Shown here one piece after another: positions 9,648 to 18,075 of a stretch of 64,000 nucleotides of DNA. Positions within the stretch are counted from its first letter, which is position 1; each line of letters opens with the position of its first letter. Both the position numbers and the translations under genes were made by a program. The notes below the pieces were generated by a model. The model did not search any database, was not told where the DNA came from, and was given only the letters and a program-made list of their open reading frames with translations. Origin of the DNA: Promethearchaeota archaeon (GTDB lineage Archaea; Asgardarchaeota; Lokiarchaeia; Sigyniarchaeales; SOKP01); NCBI GenBank assembly GCA_013375475.1, contig JABXKD010000001.1, positions 1 through 64,000 on the forward strand, read 5' to 3'.

Positions 9648-11570
9648 ATGGAAAAAAAAAAATTTTATCTAGTATTATTGATATCAGCCATAATTGTAGG
9701 TTCTCTTGGCACAGTAATTATTATTTTAATAAGTTCAACTGAAATTCCTGAAGAAATTGATACAACAAACCCAAAAGTGCAATTAATTAGCCTTTCTAAT
9801 ACAACATATCATGAAACTATGTTATTACTGGAAATCAATGCAACTGACAACAAAGGAATAGATACAATATGGTATAACTGGAATGGTGAAGATGTTATTT
9901 GTAGTTCAGCACAATATGTTAAATTTAGAAATGGTTCAAATACAATATATGTATGGGCTAATGATTCTGCAGGAAATACTGGAAATGCATCAGTTACCTT
10001 CTCTATAGATACATTTTTTAACTCTGTATGGGATACTACATTAACAAGCTCAGGTTCGAGCTCTAGTAATCAAGTTGCATTACCATTGGAATCAACTGGA
10101 ATCTATAATTTTACAATTGATTGGGGTGATGGAAATAACGATACGATAATAAGCTGGAACCAATCAGAAGTAAATCATACATATACTTCAGAAGGCGTAT
10201 ATGATATTTCAATAAATGGGACAATCAATGGTTGGAGGTTTCATAATACTGGAGATAGATTAAAACTACTTGAGATTAAAGATTGGGGCTCATTACAATT
10301 AGGGAATCTTGGAAGTAATTTTTATGGATGTGCTAATCTAAGTCTTACTGCAACTGATAAACTAAATTTAAAAGGAACAACTACCTTAACTGATACATTT
10401 AGGGGATGCGAAAATTTGGGAAGTAATGGATATATGAACAATTGGGATTTGACTAATGTAATAAATTTAAGCTATATGTTTTATGGTACAACCACCTTTA
10501 GTCAGCCCATCGATAACTGGGATGTATCGAGTGTAACAATCATGGAGAGTATGTTCCATGGCGCTTCTTCTTTCAATCAAAATATTGGTAGCTGGGATGT
10601 TTCAAGCGTGACAACAATGGAGAATATGTTCCGTGATGCTTCTTCTTTCAATTATCATATTGGTAGCTGGGATGTTTCAAGCGTAACAACAATGGCGAGT
10701 ATGTTCCGTGGTGCTTCATCTTTCAATCAACCTATTGGTAGCTGGGACACCTCAAGCGTTACTACTATGCGTGCTATGTTTTTAGGTGCTTCTTCTTTCA
10801 ATCAACCTATTGGTAGCTGGGACATCTCAAGCGTTTCAGATATGCGTACTATGTTTTCTGGTGCCTCTTCTTTTAATCAACCGATTAGTGGCTGGAATGT
10901 CTCGAGTGTTGCAAATATGGCCGGTATGTTCTCTGGTGCTTCTTCCTTTAATCAATCTCTGGATAGTTGGAACGTCTCGAGTGTCACAAACATGGATGGT
11001 ATGTTCCAGGCTGCTTCATCATTTAACCAGCCCCTGAATAGTTGGAATGTTTCTAGGGTAACAGGCATGGAGGCCATGTTCCAAGGTGCTTCATCCTTTA
11101 ACCAACCCATCAATAACTGGGATGTCTCGAGTGTGACAGAAATGATTGTCATGTTCCATTATGCTTCATCCTTTAACCAACCCATCGATAGCTGGGATGT
11201 ATCAAGTGTTATAAGTATGGCTGCTATGTTCCAAGGTGCTTCATCCTTTAACAAAGACATTGGCAATTGGAACGTGTTGGGTGTAATAATTATGGCGAGT
11301 ATGTTCAGTGCAGCAACTTCCTTTGACCAAAACATTGGTAATTGGGATGTTTCAACCGTTAGTAATATGTGGGATATGTTTGAGGGGGTAACTTTATCAA
11401 CAACTAATTATGATAGTTTGTTAATTGGTTGGTCTCAATTAAATTTACAAAATGGCGTCACCTTTCATGGGGGTTATTCACAATATAGCTCAGGTGCCGC
11501 TACAACTGCAAGACAGAGTATTATAAATAATGATAGTTGGACTATTATAGATGGTGGACAAGTTCCGTAA
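9648..11570 (+). CDS. BspA-type/DUF285 repeat surface protein with N-terminal membrane anchor, Ig-like and PKD-like domains
   Basis: MEKKK plus a TM helix (ATG 9648 preferred to TTG 9594); DTTNP..ANDSAGN Ig-like unit; IDWGDG..HTY PKD-like unit; 13 [17 protein letters not shown] repeats; NYDSLLIGW...WTIIDGG C-cap. Confidence 0.88.
   Translation: MEKKKFYLVLLISAIIVGSLGTVIIILISSTEIPEEIDTTNPKVQLISLSNTTYHETMLLLEINATDNKGIDTIWYNWNGEDVICSSAQYVKFRNGSNTIYVWANDSAGNTGNASVTFSIDTFFNSVWDTTLTSSGSSSSNQVALPLESTGIYNFTIDWGDGNNDTIISWNQSEVNHTYTSEGVYDISINGTINGWRFHNTGDRLKLLEIKDWGSLQLGNLGSNFYGCANLSLTATDKLNLKGTTTLTDTFRGCENLGSNGYMNNWDLTNVINLSYMFYGTTTFSQPIDNWDVSSVTIMESMFHGASSFNQNIGSWDVSSVTTMENMFRDASSFNYHIGSWDVSSVTTMASMFRGASSFNQPIGSWDTSSVTTMRAMFLGASSFNQPIGSWDISSVSDMRTMFSGASSFNQPISGWNVSSVANMAGMFSGASSFNQSLDSWNVSSVTNMDGMFQAASSFNQPLNSWNVSRVTGMEAMFQGASSFNQPINNWDVSSVTEMIVMFHYASSFNQPIDSWDVSSVISMAAMFQGASSFNKDIGNWNVLGVIIMASMFSAATSFDQNIGNWDVSTVSNMWDMFEGVTLSTTNYDSLLIGWSQLNLQNGVTFHGGYSQYSSGAATTARQSIINNDSWTIIDGGQVP
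10437..11387 (+). repeat. intragenic tandem repeat, about 13 x 75 bp (25-aa DUF285 unit)
   Basis: recurring tggga(t/c)gt.tc.ag.gt ... atgttc ... gcttc.tc.tt.aa.ca with a 75-nt period. Confidence 0.9.
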
Positions 11571-11624
11571 ACAAATAATATAGTTGAAATAAAATTCTTT
11601 TTTTTTCTAATTTAAATGTTCTTT

Positions 11625-11669
11625 TCATACTATTGCGAGTTTGATTGTAATAGGTAAATTTTTATTTTT
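11625..11669 (+). repeat. 45-bp direct repeat, copy D (diverged; similarity to A and C extends to about 11710)
   Basis: tcatactattgcgagtttgattgtaataggtaaatttttattttt; 36/45 to copy A. Downstream taaatacttgtttaagcaaaatag matches A (taaataatcacttaagtaaaatag) and C (caaatacttgactaggtaaaat). Confidence 0.75.
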
Positions 11670-11741
11670 GAACGGATTATTCAATTAAATACTTGTTTAA
11701 GCAAAATAGATCATGGTTTTTTTTTTTACTTGAAAAATGGT

Positions 11742-11810
11742 AAAATCTATCCTCATTATGGGGATGTATTTTACAACGAATGTTATCAATTAATACAAAA
11801 TTCGGTTTAA
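11742..11810 (+). pseudogene. orphan 3' tail of a second allele of the 5754-6944 gene
   Basis: KIYPHYGDVFYNECYQLIQNSV* versus KIYPHYGDTFYNECFQIIQNSA* (6876-6944): 18/22 aa and 51/69 nt identical, same stop position. Confidence 0.9.
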
Positions 11811-11822
11811 TGGTTAGTATAA

Positions 11823-12848
11823 ATGGAAGATGTTATTGAAAAAGTAGTAAAAGAAGAAGATTTAAAGGATGCGTTCCTTGGAATTGACATAGGAAGCGTT
11901 AGTTGCAAATTTGTGTTAATGGATTCAGATGGGAATTTACTCACTAGCGTATTTTTACAAAATAGAGGTTCTCCCATCGATTCAGCAAAAGCAGGGATGG
12001 GTGAATTACGAGATAAAATAGAACAGAGTGAAAACTTACACGAGTATGCGATACGCTGTTGTGGGACAACTGGTTCTGCAAGGTATTTAACTAAAGCCAT
12101 CGTTGGTGCTGACCTCGCGAAAACTGAAATAATCGCTCATGCTGTTGCTGCCCAAACTCTGTATCCAGATGTTAGAACGATATTAGAAATTGGAGGTCAA
12201 GATTCGAAAATCATCCTTTTGCGAGATGGTATTATTGTAGATTTTGCTATGAATTCTATTTGCGCAGCTGGAACGGGATCGTTTCTCGATCACCAAGCAG
12301 CGCGACTTGGGATTGCCATAGAAGACTTTGGCGATTATGCTATAAAGTCAAAAAATCCAGTGAGTATTGCTGGAAGGTGCACGGTTTTTGCGGAATCTGA
12401 TATGATTCACAAACAAAACGCGGGTTATACAAAAGAAGATATAATTGCCGGATTATGTGATTCACTCGTTCGAAATTATATGAACAACGTTGGAAAGGGT
12501 AAAGATTTAGAAGAACCTATTGTCTTTCAGGGAGGAGTTTCGTATAATCAAGGAATTATAGAAGCTTTCGAAAGACACTTAGGTTGTAAGGTTATTGTTC
12601 CTAAATATAACGTATTGATGGGAGCTCTTGGAATGGCTATTCTCGTTCGAGATTATTATATAGAACACGAAGATGAGACAGAATTTAGAGGTCTTGAAGT
12701 AGCTGAAATCCAATTCACCACTTCAGCATTTAACTGTGGTGATTGCCCAAACAATTGCGAAATAGTCCAAGTAAAAATGCCTGAGTATGGAAATGAAGTA
12801 ATTGCTCGTTGGGGTTCACGATGTGGTAAGTGGGATCAATTAACTTAA
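11823..12848 (+). CDS. second acyl-CoA dehydratase activase (HgdC-like ATPase)
   Basis: GIDIGSVSCK, EIGGQDSK, MNSICAAGTGSFLD, RCTVFAESD, CGDCPNNC...RCGKW. Confidence 0.92.
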   Translation: MEDVIEKVVKEEDLKDAFLGIDIGSVSCKFVLMDSDGNLLTSVFLQNRGSPIDSAKAGMGELRDKIEQSENLHEYAIRCCGTTGSARYLTKAIVGADLAKTEIIAHAVAAQTLYPDVRTILEIGGQDSKIILLRDGIIVDFAMNSICAAGTGSFLDHQAARLGIAIEDFGDYAIKSKNPVSIAGRCTVFAESDMIHKQNAGYTKEDIIAGLCDSLVRNYMNNVGKGKDLEEPIVFQGGVSYNQGIIEAFERHLGCKVIVPKYNVLMGALGMAILVRDYYIEHEDETEFRGLEVAEIQFTTSAFNCGDCPNNCEIVQVKMPEYGNEVIARWGSRCGKWDQLT

Positions 12849-12879
12849 ATAATAATAAAAAAAGTAGAGGAATAAAACA

Positions 12880-13074
12880 ATGTCAGACTTTTTTAACCAA
12901 TTGAAGCACTTAGGTGAGGAATTTCTTGAGTCGCTTCAACATAAAACGAAATTATCAACAATTTTTGATATTTATTTAGAAAAAGTAATTCCTTCGTTTG
13001 TTTCCGAAAAAGACTTAAAGGAATATTACGAGAAACGGATGGAGGAAGTTAGTAATTTTATAGACAGATTATAA
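12880..13074 (+). CDS. small helical hypothetical protein
   Basis: GAGG RBS upstream; operonic spacing with both neighbours; amphipathic pattern. Confidence 0.7.
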   Translation: MSDFFNQLKHLGEEFLESLQHKTKLSTIFDIYLEKVIPSFVSEKDLKEYYEKRMEEVSNFIDRL

Positions 13075-13087
13075 AAGAGGGAATAAA

Positions 13088-13777
13088 ATGGTTGAAACAT
13101 CAACAGAAGAAAAAAAAACTGAAGGAAAAGATAAGGTAGTCAGTAAGGATTTGATGAAAGATATTCTATACGCAGCGGTCAAGGGTTTAGGAGGATTTGG
13201 CTTAGAAGCATTCGCTGATTTGAAGATTGAAGGCAGAGAAAACGTACCAATAAGAGGGAAAGCTATATTAACTACGATAAGTGATAATACTTTAAGAGAT
13301 TTAGCGATCATCAGTCAAGTTTCTGGTCGTAGAATTCATTTCATGGTTCATCATAAATTAATGAAGCATCAAGTGTATGGTCCTGTTCTTAAATCGTTAG
13401 GTATGTTCCGTAGCACTCTTGATAAAGACGATACTGTACCTATCGATAAAGTTTTCCATTATCTCAATGAGGTTGGGGACCTTGTAGCTATGACCCCAGA
13501 ATCGAAGCTTACACCAGAGGTTCAAGTAAAAGCAATGGCAGGTATTATTAAATTTGCAGTTGCAGCAATGGCTCCCATCATTCCGATAGCAATCTATACT
13601 GAAAAAGCGCGGATTTTAAATACAATTAAAACAACAGGTATAAGAGTGAAAATTGGAACTCCCCTTAAAGTAGAAAAACGATTAACTCGCGAAAAATATC
13701 GAGATGAGAGATACGAACTTGCTGAGGACATAATTAATATTATTGATTCCCTTAAAGTTCGACCAGAAGAAGAATAA
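13088..13777 (+). CDS. PlsC/lysophospholipid acyltransferase-fold protein with degenerate catalytic motifs
   Basis: IEGRENVP..GKAIL, IHFM, MTPESK (block III), APIIPIAI, IRVKIGTPL; HX4D replaced by SDNTLRD. Confidence 0.75.
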   Translation: MVETSTEEKKTEGKDKVVSKDLMKDILYAAVKGLGGFGLEAFADLKIEGRENVPIRGKAILTTISDNTLRDLAIISQVSGRRIHFMVHHKLMKHQVYGPVLKSLGMFRSTLDKDDTVPIDKVFHYLNEVGDLVAMTPESKLTPEVQVKAMAGIIKFAVAAMAPIIPIAIYTEKARILNTIKTTGIRVKIGTPLKVEKRLTREKYRDERYELAEDIINIIDSLKVRPEEE

Positions 13778-13793
13778 AAAAGAGGTAAAAAAA

Positions 13794-14057
13794 ATGGAAA
13801 ATAATCAAAATCCTGAATTGAATGAAATTGATAGCAGTTTGAAAGATCTCAATAAGCAACTTAAGCAGAGAAAAGAAGAGCTTATAAATGAGTTAAACGA
13901 CGTTAACGATTGTGAAGTTTGTTTGGAATCGGATAAGAAAATGAGCGAATTTATAGGAGATATCTTCTATAAATCTATGAAGAACTTATTTGATGTTGGT
14001 ACTAAGCTTGCTAAAAATTTAACACACGAATTTTTACCTGATAACGGGAATAAGTAA
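13794..14057 (+). CDS. small coiled-coil hypothetical protein with CxxC
   Basis: GAGGT RBS before ATG 13794; heptad pattern; CEVC. Confidence 0.65.
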   Translation: MENNQNPELNEIDSSLKDLNKQLKQRKEELINELNDVNDCEVCLESDKKMSEFIGDIFYKSMKNLFDVGTKLAKNLTHEFLPDNGNK

Positions 14058-14316
14058 ACAAATATTCTAGCGCCTGAGATCATTTAATGCTATAGAGTAA
14101 TATTTCTATCAGTTTGTGTTATTTCAATTAACATAAATCAAAAATTTAAAAGATTCCCCTTTATATTCACCACCACTAAACGCTTCAAGCATAAAGCCGT
14201 TACGTTCGTGCCAATAAACGGATGCTTTATTAAATATTGGTTTCTTTCGTTATTGGAGCGTTTGCCATATACCGAGATCAAGAGAAAAAACAATAAAAAA
14301 ATTAAAAAATTATTAA

Positions 14317-14805
14317 TTAATATCTTGTTCTTGTAGCTTGGATTCGTAATTTTGCTTTCGTTTGTTCCTTAGAGTCTTGCAAAACATCGTATCGCGTTTT
14401 AGAGGGAAGATTTATTACGTATTCTTCTTCTGCAATCGTTTCGTTCCTCTTTAAATGGTCTTGTTCTCTCAATATTATTGTTACTCGTTCTACAGCCTTA
14501 GCTCCTGCCTTCACTGTTTTAAATTGACTCCACAAGTTCATGTCTGCTTTGGATGTAAAGTTCTGGTTTCGTTGAAGCTTAATTGTTCCTTTATTTGGAA
14601 ATCTCGCCTTAAAGACTTTAGGACCGTCCGCTTTGAAATAGAACTCTCCTCGCCACCCCATTATATCGTAATCCTTTAGAGTTTTTAAGCTCATTAAATC
14701 AATACTAATAAGATAACGTTCCTTTTCTTCTCCGAGTTGGTCTTGTTCAAAGTTCTGATCCTTAGCGTATGTTTTTTTACCTTTTGCGTAATATCTTCTA
14801 GACAT
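14317..14805 (-). CDS. hypothetical protein, possible C2-like beta sandwich
   Basis: LKTLKDYDIMGWRGEFYF and IILREQDHLKRNETI resemble C2 loop 1 and loop 3 patterns. Confidence 0.55.
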   Translation of the reverse strand: MSRRYYAKGKKTYAKDQNFEQDQLGEEKERYLISIDLMSLKTLKDYDIMGWRGEFYFKADGPKVFKARFPNKGTIKLQRNQNFTSKADMNLWSQFKTVKAGAKAVERVTIILREQDHLKRNETIAEEEYVINLPSKTRYDVLQDSKEQTKAKLRIQATRTRY

Positions 14806-15031
14806 AATATATCACTTTTACAATATCAAATTATTTTGAGATTCTGATTTTAAATTTAATATGGTGTACGAGTTTATATTTCTTTTTTAGTTAAATAATC
14901 TGGTAATAATGGAATAATAATTAAGGGCTTAGAATATATCACTTTCTTTTCTCTTTTGAAATCCGAAATTTTAATTAGCTAACGCAGATAATGTTAAAAT
15001 TATACAGAAAAAGTTTTTAGGAGATAATAAA

Positions 15032-15679
15032 TTGGCGCAAGAGCAATTTTATAAAGAAATTTCTGATGCTATTGTAAATTTAGAAAAGGAAAAAGCAATT
15101 GAATTAGCACATAGGTCGGTAAATGAAAACATGAATTTACTCGAGGTAATCGAAAAAGGATTTGGGGATGGTATACGTAGAATTGGAGATCTATGGGAAG
15201 AGGGAGAATTTTTCTTACCCGAATTGATGCTTGGTGGTACTATAATGCAAGAATCCATGGATATTCTCTTACCAATGTTAAAAAGCGCTGGAGAGAATAT
15301 AAGTTCAGGAACAGTAGTGATAGCAACAATAGAAGGAGACATTCATTCGATAGGAAAGACTATCGTAGGTACAATGTTAAGCGCTAATGGTTTTGAAGTT
15401 TACGACTTGGGTGCTGACGTACCTGCTGAGCAAATAATAGAGACTGCTATTGAAAAGAATGCTGATGTGATCGGTGTTTCTGCATTACTTACTACAACAA
15501 TGTTTGGTCAAAAAAAAATAGTTGAAATTTTGGAGGAAAAGGGAATAAGAAATAAATTTAAAGTAATCATTGGAGGAGCTCCCGTCAACAAATCCTGGAC
15601 TGAAGAATGTAAAGCAGACGGATTCGCCGGGAGCGCTGTAGAAGCTGTCAAATTGGTTAAAGAATTATTGAATAAATAA
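15032..15679 (+). CDS. corrinoid (cobalamin-binding) protein, MttC/MtgC family
   Basis: GEFFLPEL cap domain, GDIHSIGK (DxHxxG), SALLTTT, IIGGAP; TTG start after GGAG. Confidence 0.93.
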   Translation: MAQEQFYKEISDAIVNLEKEKAIELAHRSVNENMNLLEVIEKGFGDGIRRIGDLWEEGEFFLPELMLGGTIMQESMDILLPMLKSAGENISSGTVVIATIEGDIHSIGKTIVGTMLSANGFEVYDLGADVPAEQIIETAIEKNADVIGVSALLTTTMFGQKKIVEILEEKGIRNKFKVIIGGAPVNKSWTEECKADGFAGSAVEAVKLVKELLNK

Positions 15680-15701
15680 AAAATAGTTAGATGAGGTTAA
15701 A

Positions 15702-16583
15702 ATGTTATTTCACGATTGGTTAAAAGATGATTCAAAAATCATATTATTTGATGGAGGAATGGGATCAGAGATATTCAAGCGTGGTATTAAGCCTGGAAAG
15801 CTTCCTGATACGTATAATATCGAAAAACCCGCCATCATCTATGAAATTCATAAAGCATATTATGATGCGGGAGCAGATATGTGCCAATCTAACACGTTTG
15901 GAGCGAGCTATTTAAACTTACAAAATTATAAAGTGGAAGATCAAATTAGAGAAATAAATGAAAGGGCATTAGAAAACATTAAAAAAGCTCGTCCTTCCAA
16001 TCGTTTAATAGTAGCTGATATTGGTCCATCTGGGCAATTCCGACCTCCCGTAGGTAATGCTAAGCCAGATCAATGGGTATCGAGTTTTGTAAAACAGGTA
16101 AATGTTTTAGAAGAAGGCGTAGATCTTTGGCATATTGAGACAATGTCCGATATTGAGGAAATGATAGCTGCAATAGAAGCGATAAAGAGTATTTCAACAA
16201 AACCAATAATTAGTTCTATGACATATAAAAAAACGAAGAGAGGTTTTTTTACCATAATGGGCGATTCATTGGAAAAATGCGTTGATATACAAGAAAAAGC
16301 TAATGTCGACGTAATAGGTGCTAACTGCACCTTAGGATCAGATGAGATGGTACTTCTAATAAAAGAACTAAAAAACCTTACCGATAGACCAGTATCTGCA
16401 AAACCGAACGCTGGACAGCCAAGAATTGATAATAATAATAGAGCACATTACGACCAACCCATTAAGGATTTTGTTAGTGATATTCACAAAATAATTCAAT
16501 TGGGTGCTAAAGTTGTTGGTGGTTGTTGTGGAACGTCTCCAGATACGATATGTGAAATAAAAAAAGTTATTGATTCATTATAG
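15702..16583 (+). CDS. homocysteine S-methyltransferase domain protein (stand-alone MetH Hcy-binding domain)
   Basis: FDGGMGS, GANC, KPNAGQP and GGCCGT Zn ligands. Confidence 0.92.
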   Translation: MLFHDWLKDDSKIILFDGGMGSEIFKRGIKPGKLPDTYNIEKPAIIYEIHKAYYDAGADMCQSNTFGASYLNLQNYKVEDQIREINERALENIKKARPSNRLIVADIGPSGQFRPPVGNAKPDQWVSSFVKQVNVLEEGVDLWHIETMSDIEEMIAAIEAIKSISTKPIISSMTYKKTKRGFFTIMGDSLEKCVDIQEKANVDVIGANCTLGSDEMVLLIKELKNLTDRPVSAKPNAGQPRIDNNNRAHYDQPIKDFVSDIHKIIQLGAKVVGGCCGTSPDTICEIKKVIDSL

Positions 16584-16611
16584 AAATTAATAATAGAATG
16601 TGAACATAAAA

Positions 16612-18036
16612 ATGGGAATATTAAGACCAAAAATACAAGTATTAGACGAACAATACAAAAATAAGATATATACTGAAGCTAAAGAAATATTAGAAAATTT
16701 AGGTATCTTTTTAGAAAATGAAGATGCTCAAGAATTGTTTAATAACGAGGGTATTCGTCATGATGGCTCTCGATATTTCATTCCTTCCGATTTAGTAGAA
16801 AAGTGCCTCAAAACGGTTCCAAACGAAATTAAATTATTTGATAGAGAAGGAAAAGAGCACATCACTCTGGCAGGGGATAATGTTCACTTCGATCCTGGTT
16901 CCGCAGCAATTTTGTACTTTGACGAGACTACGGGAGAAATTAGAAACGCAATTAAGGAAGACTTCGTGCGATTTTCAAAAGTGGTTGAGCATCTAAAATA
17001 CATAGAAGCTCAAAGTACAGCATTAATTTATCAAGATGTGCCGAAAGAAGCCCAGGATTGGCATCGATTGGCTACAGCATTAACGAATTGCTATAAACCC
17101 GTTGTAACAGGAACATTTCGAAAAGAAAGTTTTCTAATTATGAAGGAATTATTACTGAGTTGTAGACTTTCTGAAGACGATTTAGCGAGGAAACCATTAG
17201 CTATTTTCGATGCGTGCCCTAGTCCTCCTTTGAAATGGTCCGATCTCACCACTCAATCTCTTATAGATGCTGCAGCAAGTATGATACCCTCTGAGTTCGT
17301 TTCAATGCCATTAGCAGGAGCGAATGCTCCAATGAGTTTAATAGGTTCGATAACTCAACATTGTGCTGAGTCTCTTGCGGGGGTTGTAATTGTACAATTA
17401 GCAAAATCAGGCGCTCCCTTGATATGGGGAGGATCACCTGCAATTTTAGATATGAAGCAAGGAACCACTCCAATGGGAGCAATTGAAACCATGATGATTA
17501 ATTTAGGAGATGTAGAAATGGGTCGTTCTTTTAACATACCAACTCACGCGTATATGGGTTTAAGCGATTCTAAAGTTCCAGACGCTCAATCTGGTTTCGA
17601 AGCAGGCATGGGTTCTCTTTTAGCGGGACTTGCGGGAGTTAACATGGTTTCAGGAGCAGGGATGTTAGATTTTGAATCCACACAAAGCATTGAAAAATTA
17701 ATAATAGATAACGAAATAGCAGGAATGGTAAAAAGACTTATAAGAGGAGTAGAAGACCACGGAACTCCGTTTGCGTTTGATATCCTTATGGATTACGATG
17801 ATAAAGAGGAATTACTTTCGCATCCCTCCACATTAAAATTATTCAGAAAAGAGCTTTTTATGACTGGTCCGGTAATAGACCGCATGTCTCGGGACATGTG
17901 GAAAGAAGCCGGTGCGAAATCTACACGAAAAAGAGCGAGAGATCATGCTTTGAAATTAATTGAAAAAGGTTCTCTAAAACCTATTGATGACAATCTGGCC
18001 AAAGAATTAGAAGCTGTGTCTTCAAAACATCTATAG
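16612..18036 (+). CDS. mttB: trimethylamine methyltransferase superfamily protein, non-pyrrolysine (MtgB-like)
   Basis: SPPLKW, AGANAPMSLIG, GLSDSKVPDAQSGFE (Leu at the inferred Pyl position), GAGMLDF; no in-frame TAG. Confidence 0.88.
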   Translation: MGILRPKIQVLDEQYKNKIYTEAKEILENLGIFLENEDAQELFNNEGIRHDGSRYFIPSDLVEKCLKTVPNEIKLFDREGKEHITLAGDNVHFDPGSAAILYFDETTGEIRNAIKEDFVRFSKVVEHLKYIEAQSTALIYQDVPKEAQDWHRLATALTNCYKPVVTGTFRKESFLIMKELLLSCRLSEDDLARKPLAIFDACPSPPLKWSDLTTQSLIDAAASMIPSEFVSMPLAGANAPMSLIGSITQHCAESLAGVVIVQLAKSGAPLIWGGSPAILDMKQGTTPMGAIETMMINLGDVEMGRSFNIPTHAYMGLSDSKVPDAQSGFEAGMGSLLAGLAGVNMVSGAGMLDFESTQSIEKLIIDNEIAGMVKRLIRGVEDHGTPFAFDILMDYDDKEELLSHPSTLKLFRKELFMTGPVIDRMSRDMWKEAGAKSTRKRARDHALKLIEKGSLKPIDDNLAKELEAVSSKHL

Positions 18037-18075
18037 TAATTCTTTTTATTATTTTATTTTCTATCATTAATAAAA

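Noticed and set aside
10437-11387. DUF285 repeats as a DGR template/variable pair
   Set aside because: No reverse transcriptase is present, differences are not adenine-specific, and the repeats are ordinary in-frame tandem units.
3768-11669. 45-bp repeats as a CRISPR array or integron attC sites
   Set aside because: Spacing is 0.3-6 kb and irregular, no cas or intI gene is present, and there is no RYYYAAC...GTTRRRY palindrome.
16612-18036. Pyrrolysine recoding in mttB, or selenocysteine readthrough elsewhere
   Set aside because: There is no in-frame TAG and Leu occupies the inferred Pyl position. TGA-terminated ORFs in the window end at plausible C-termini.
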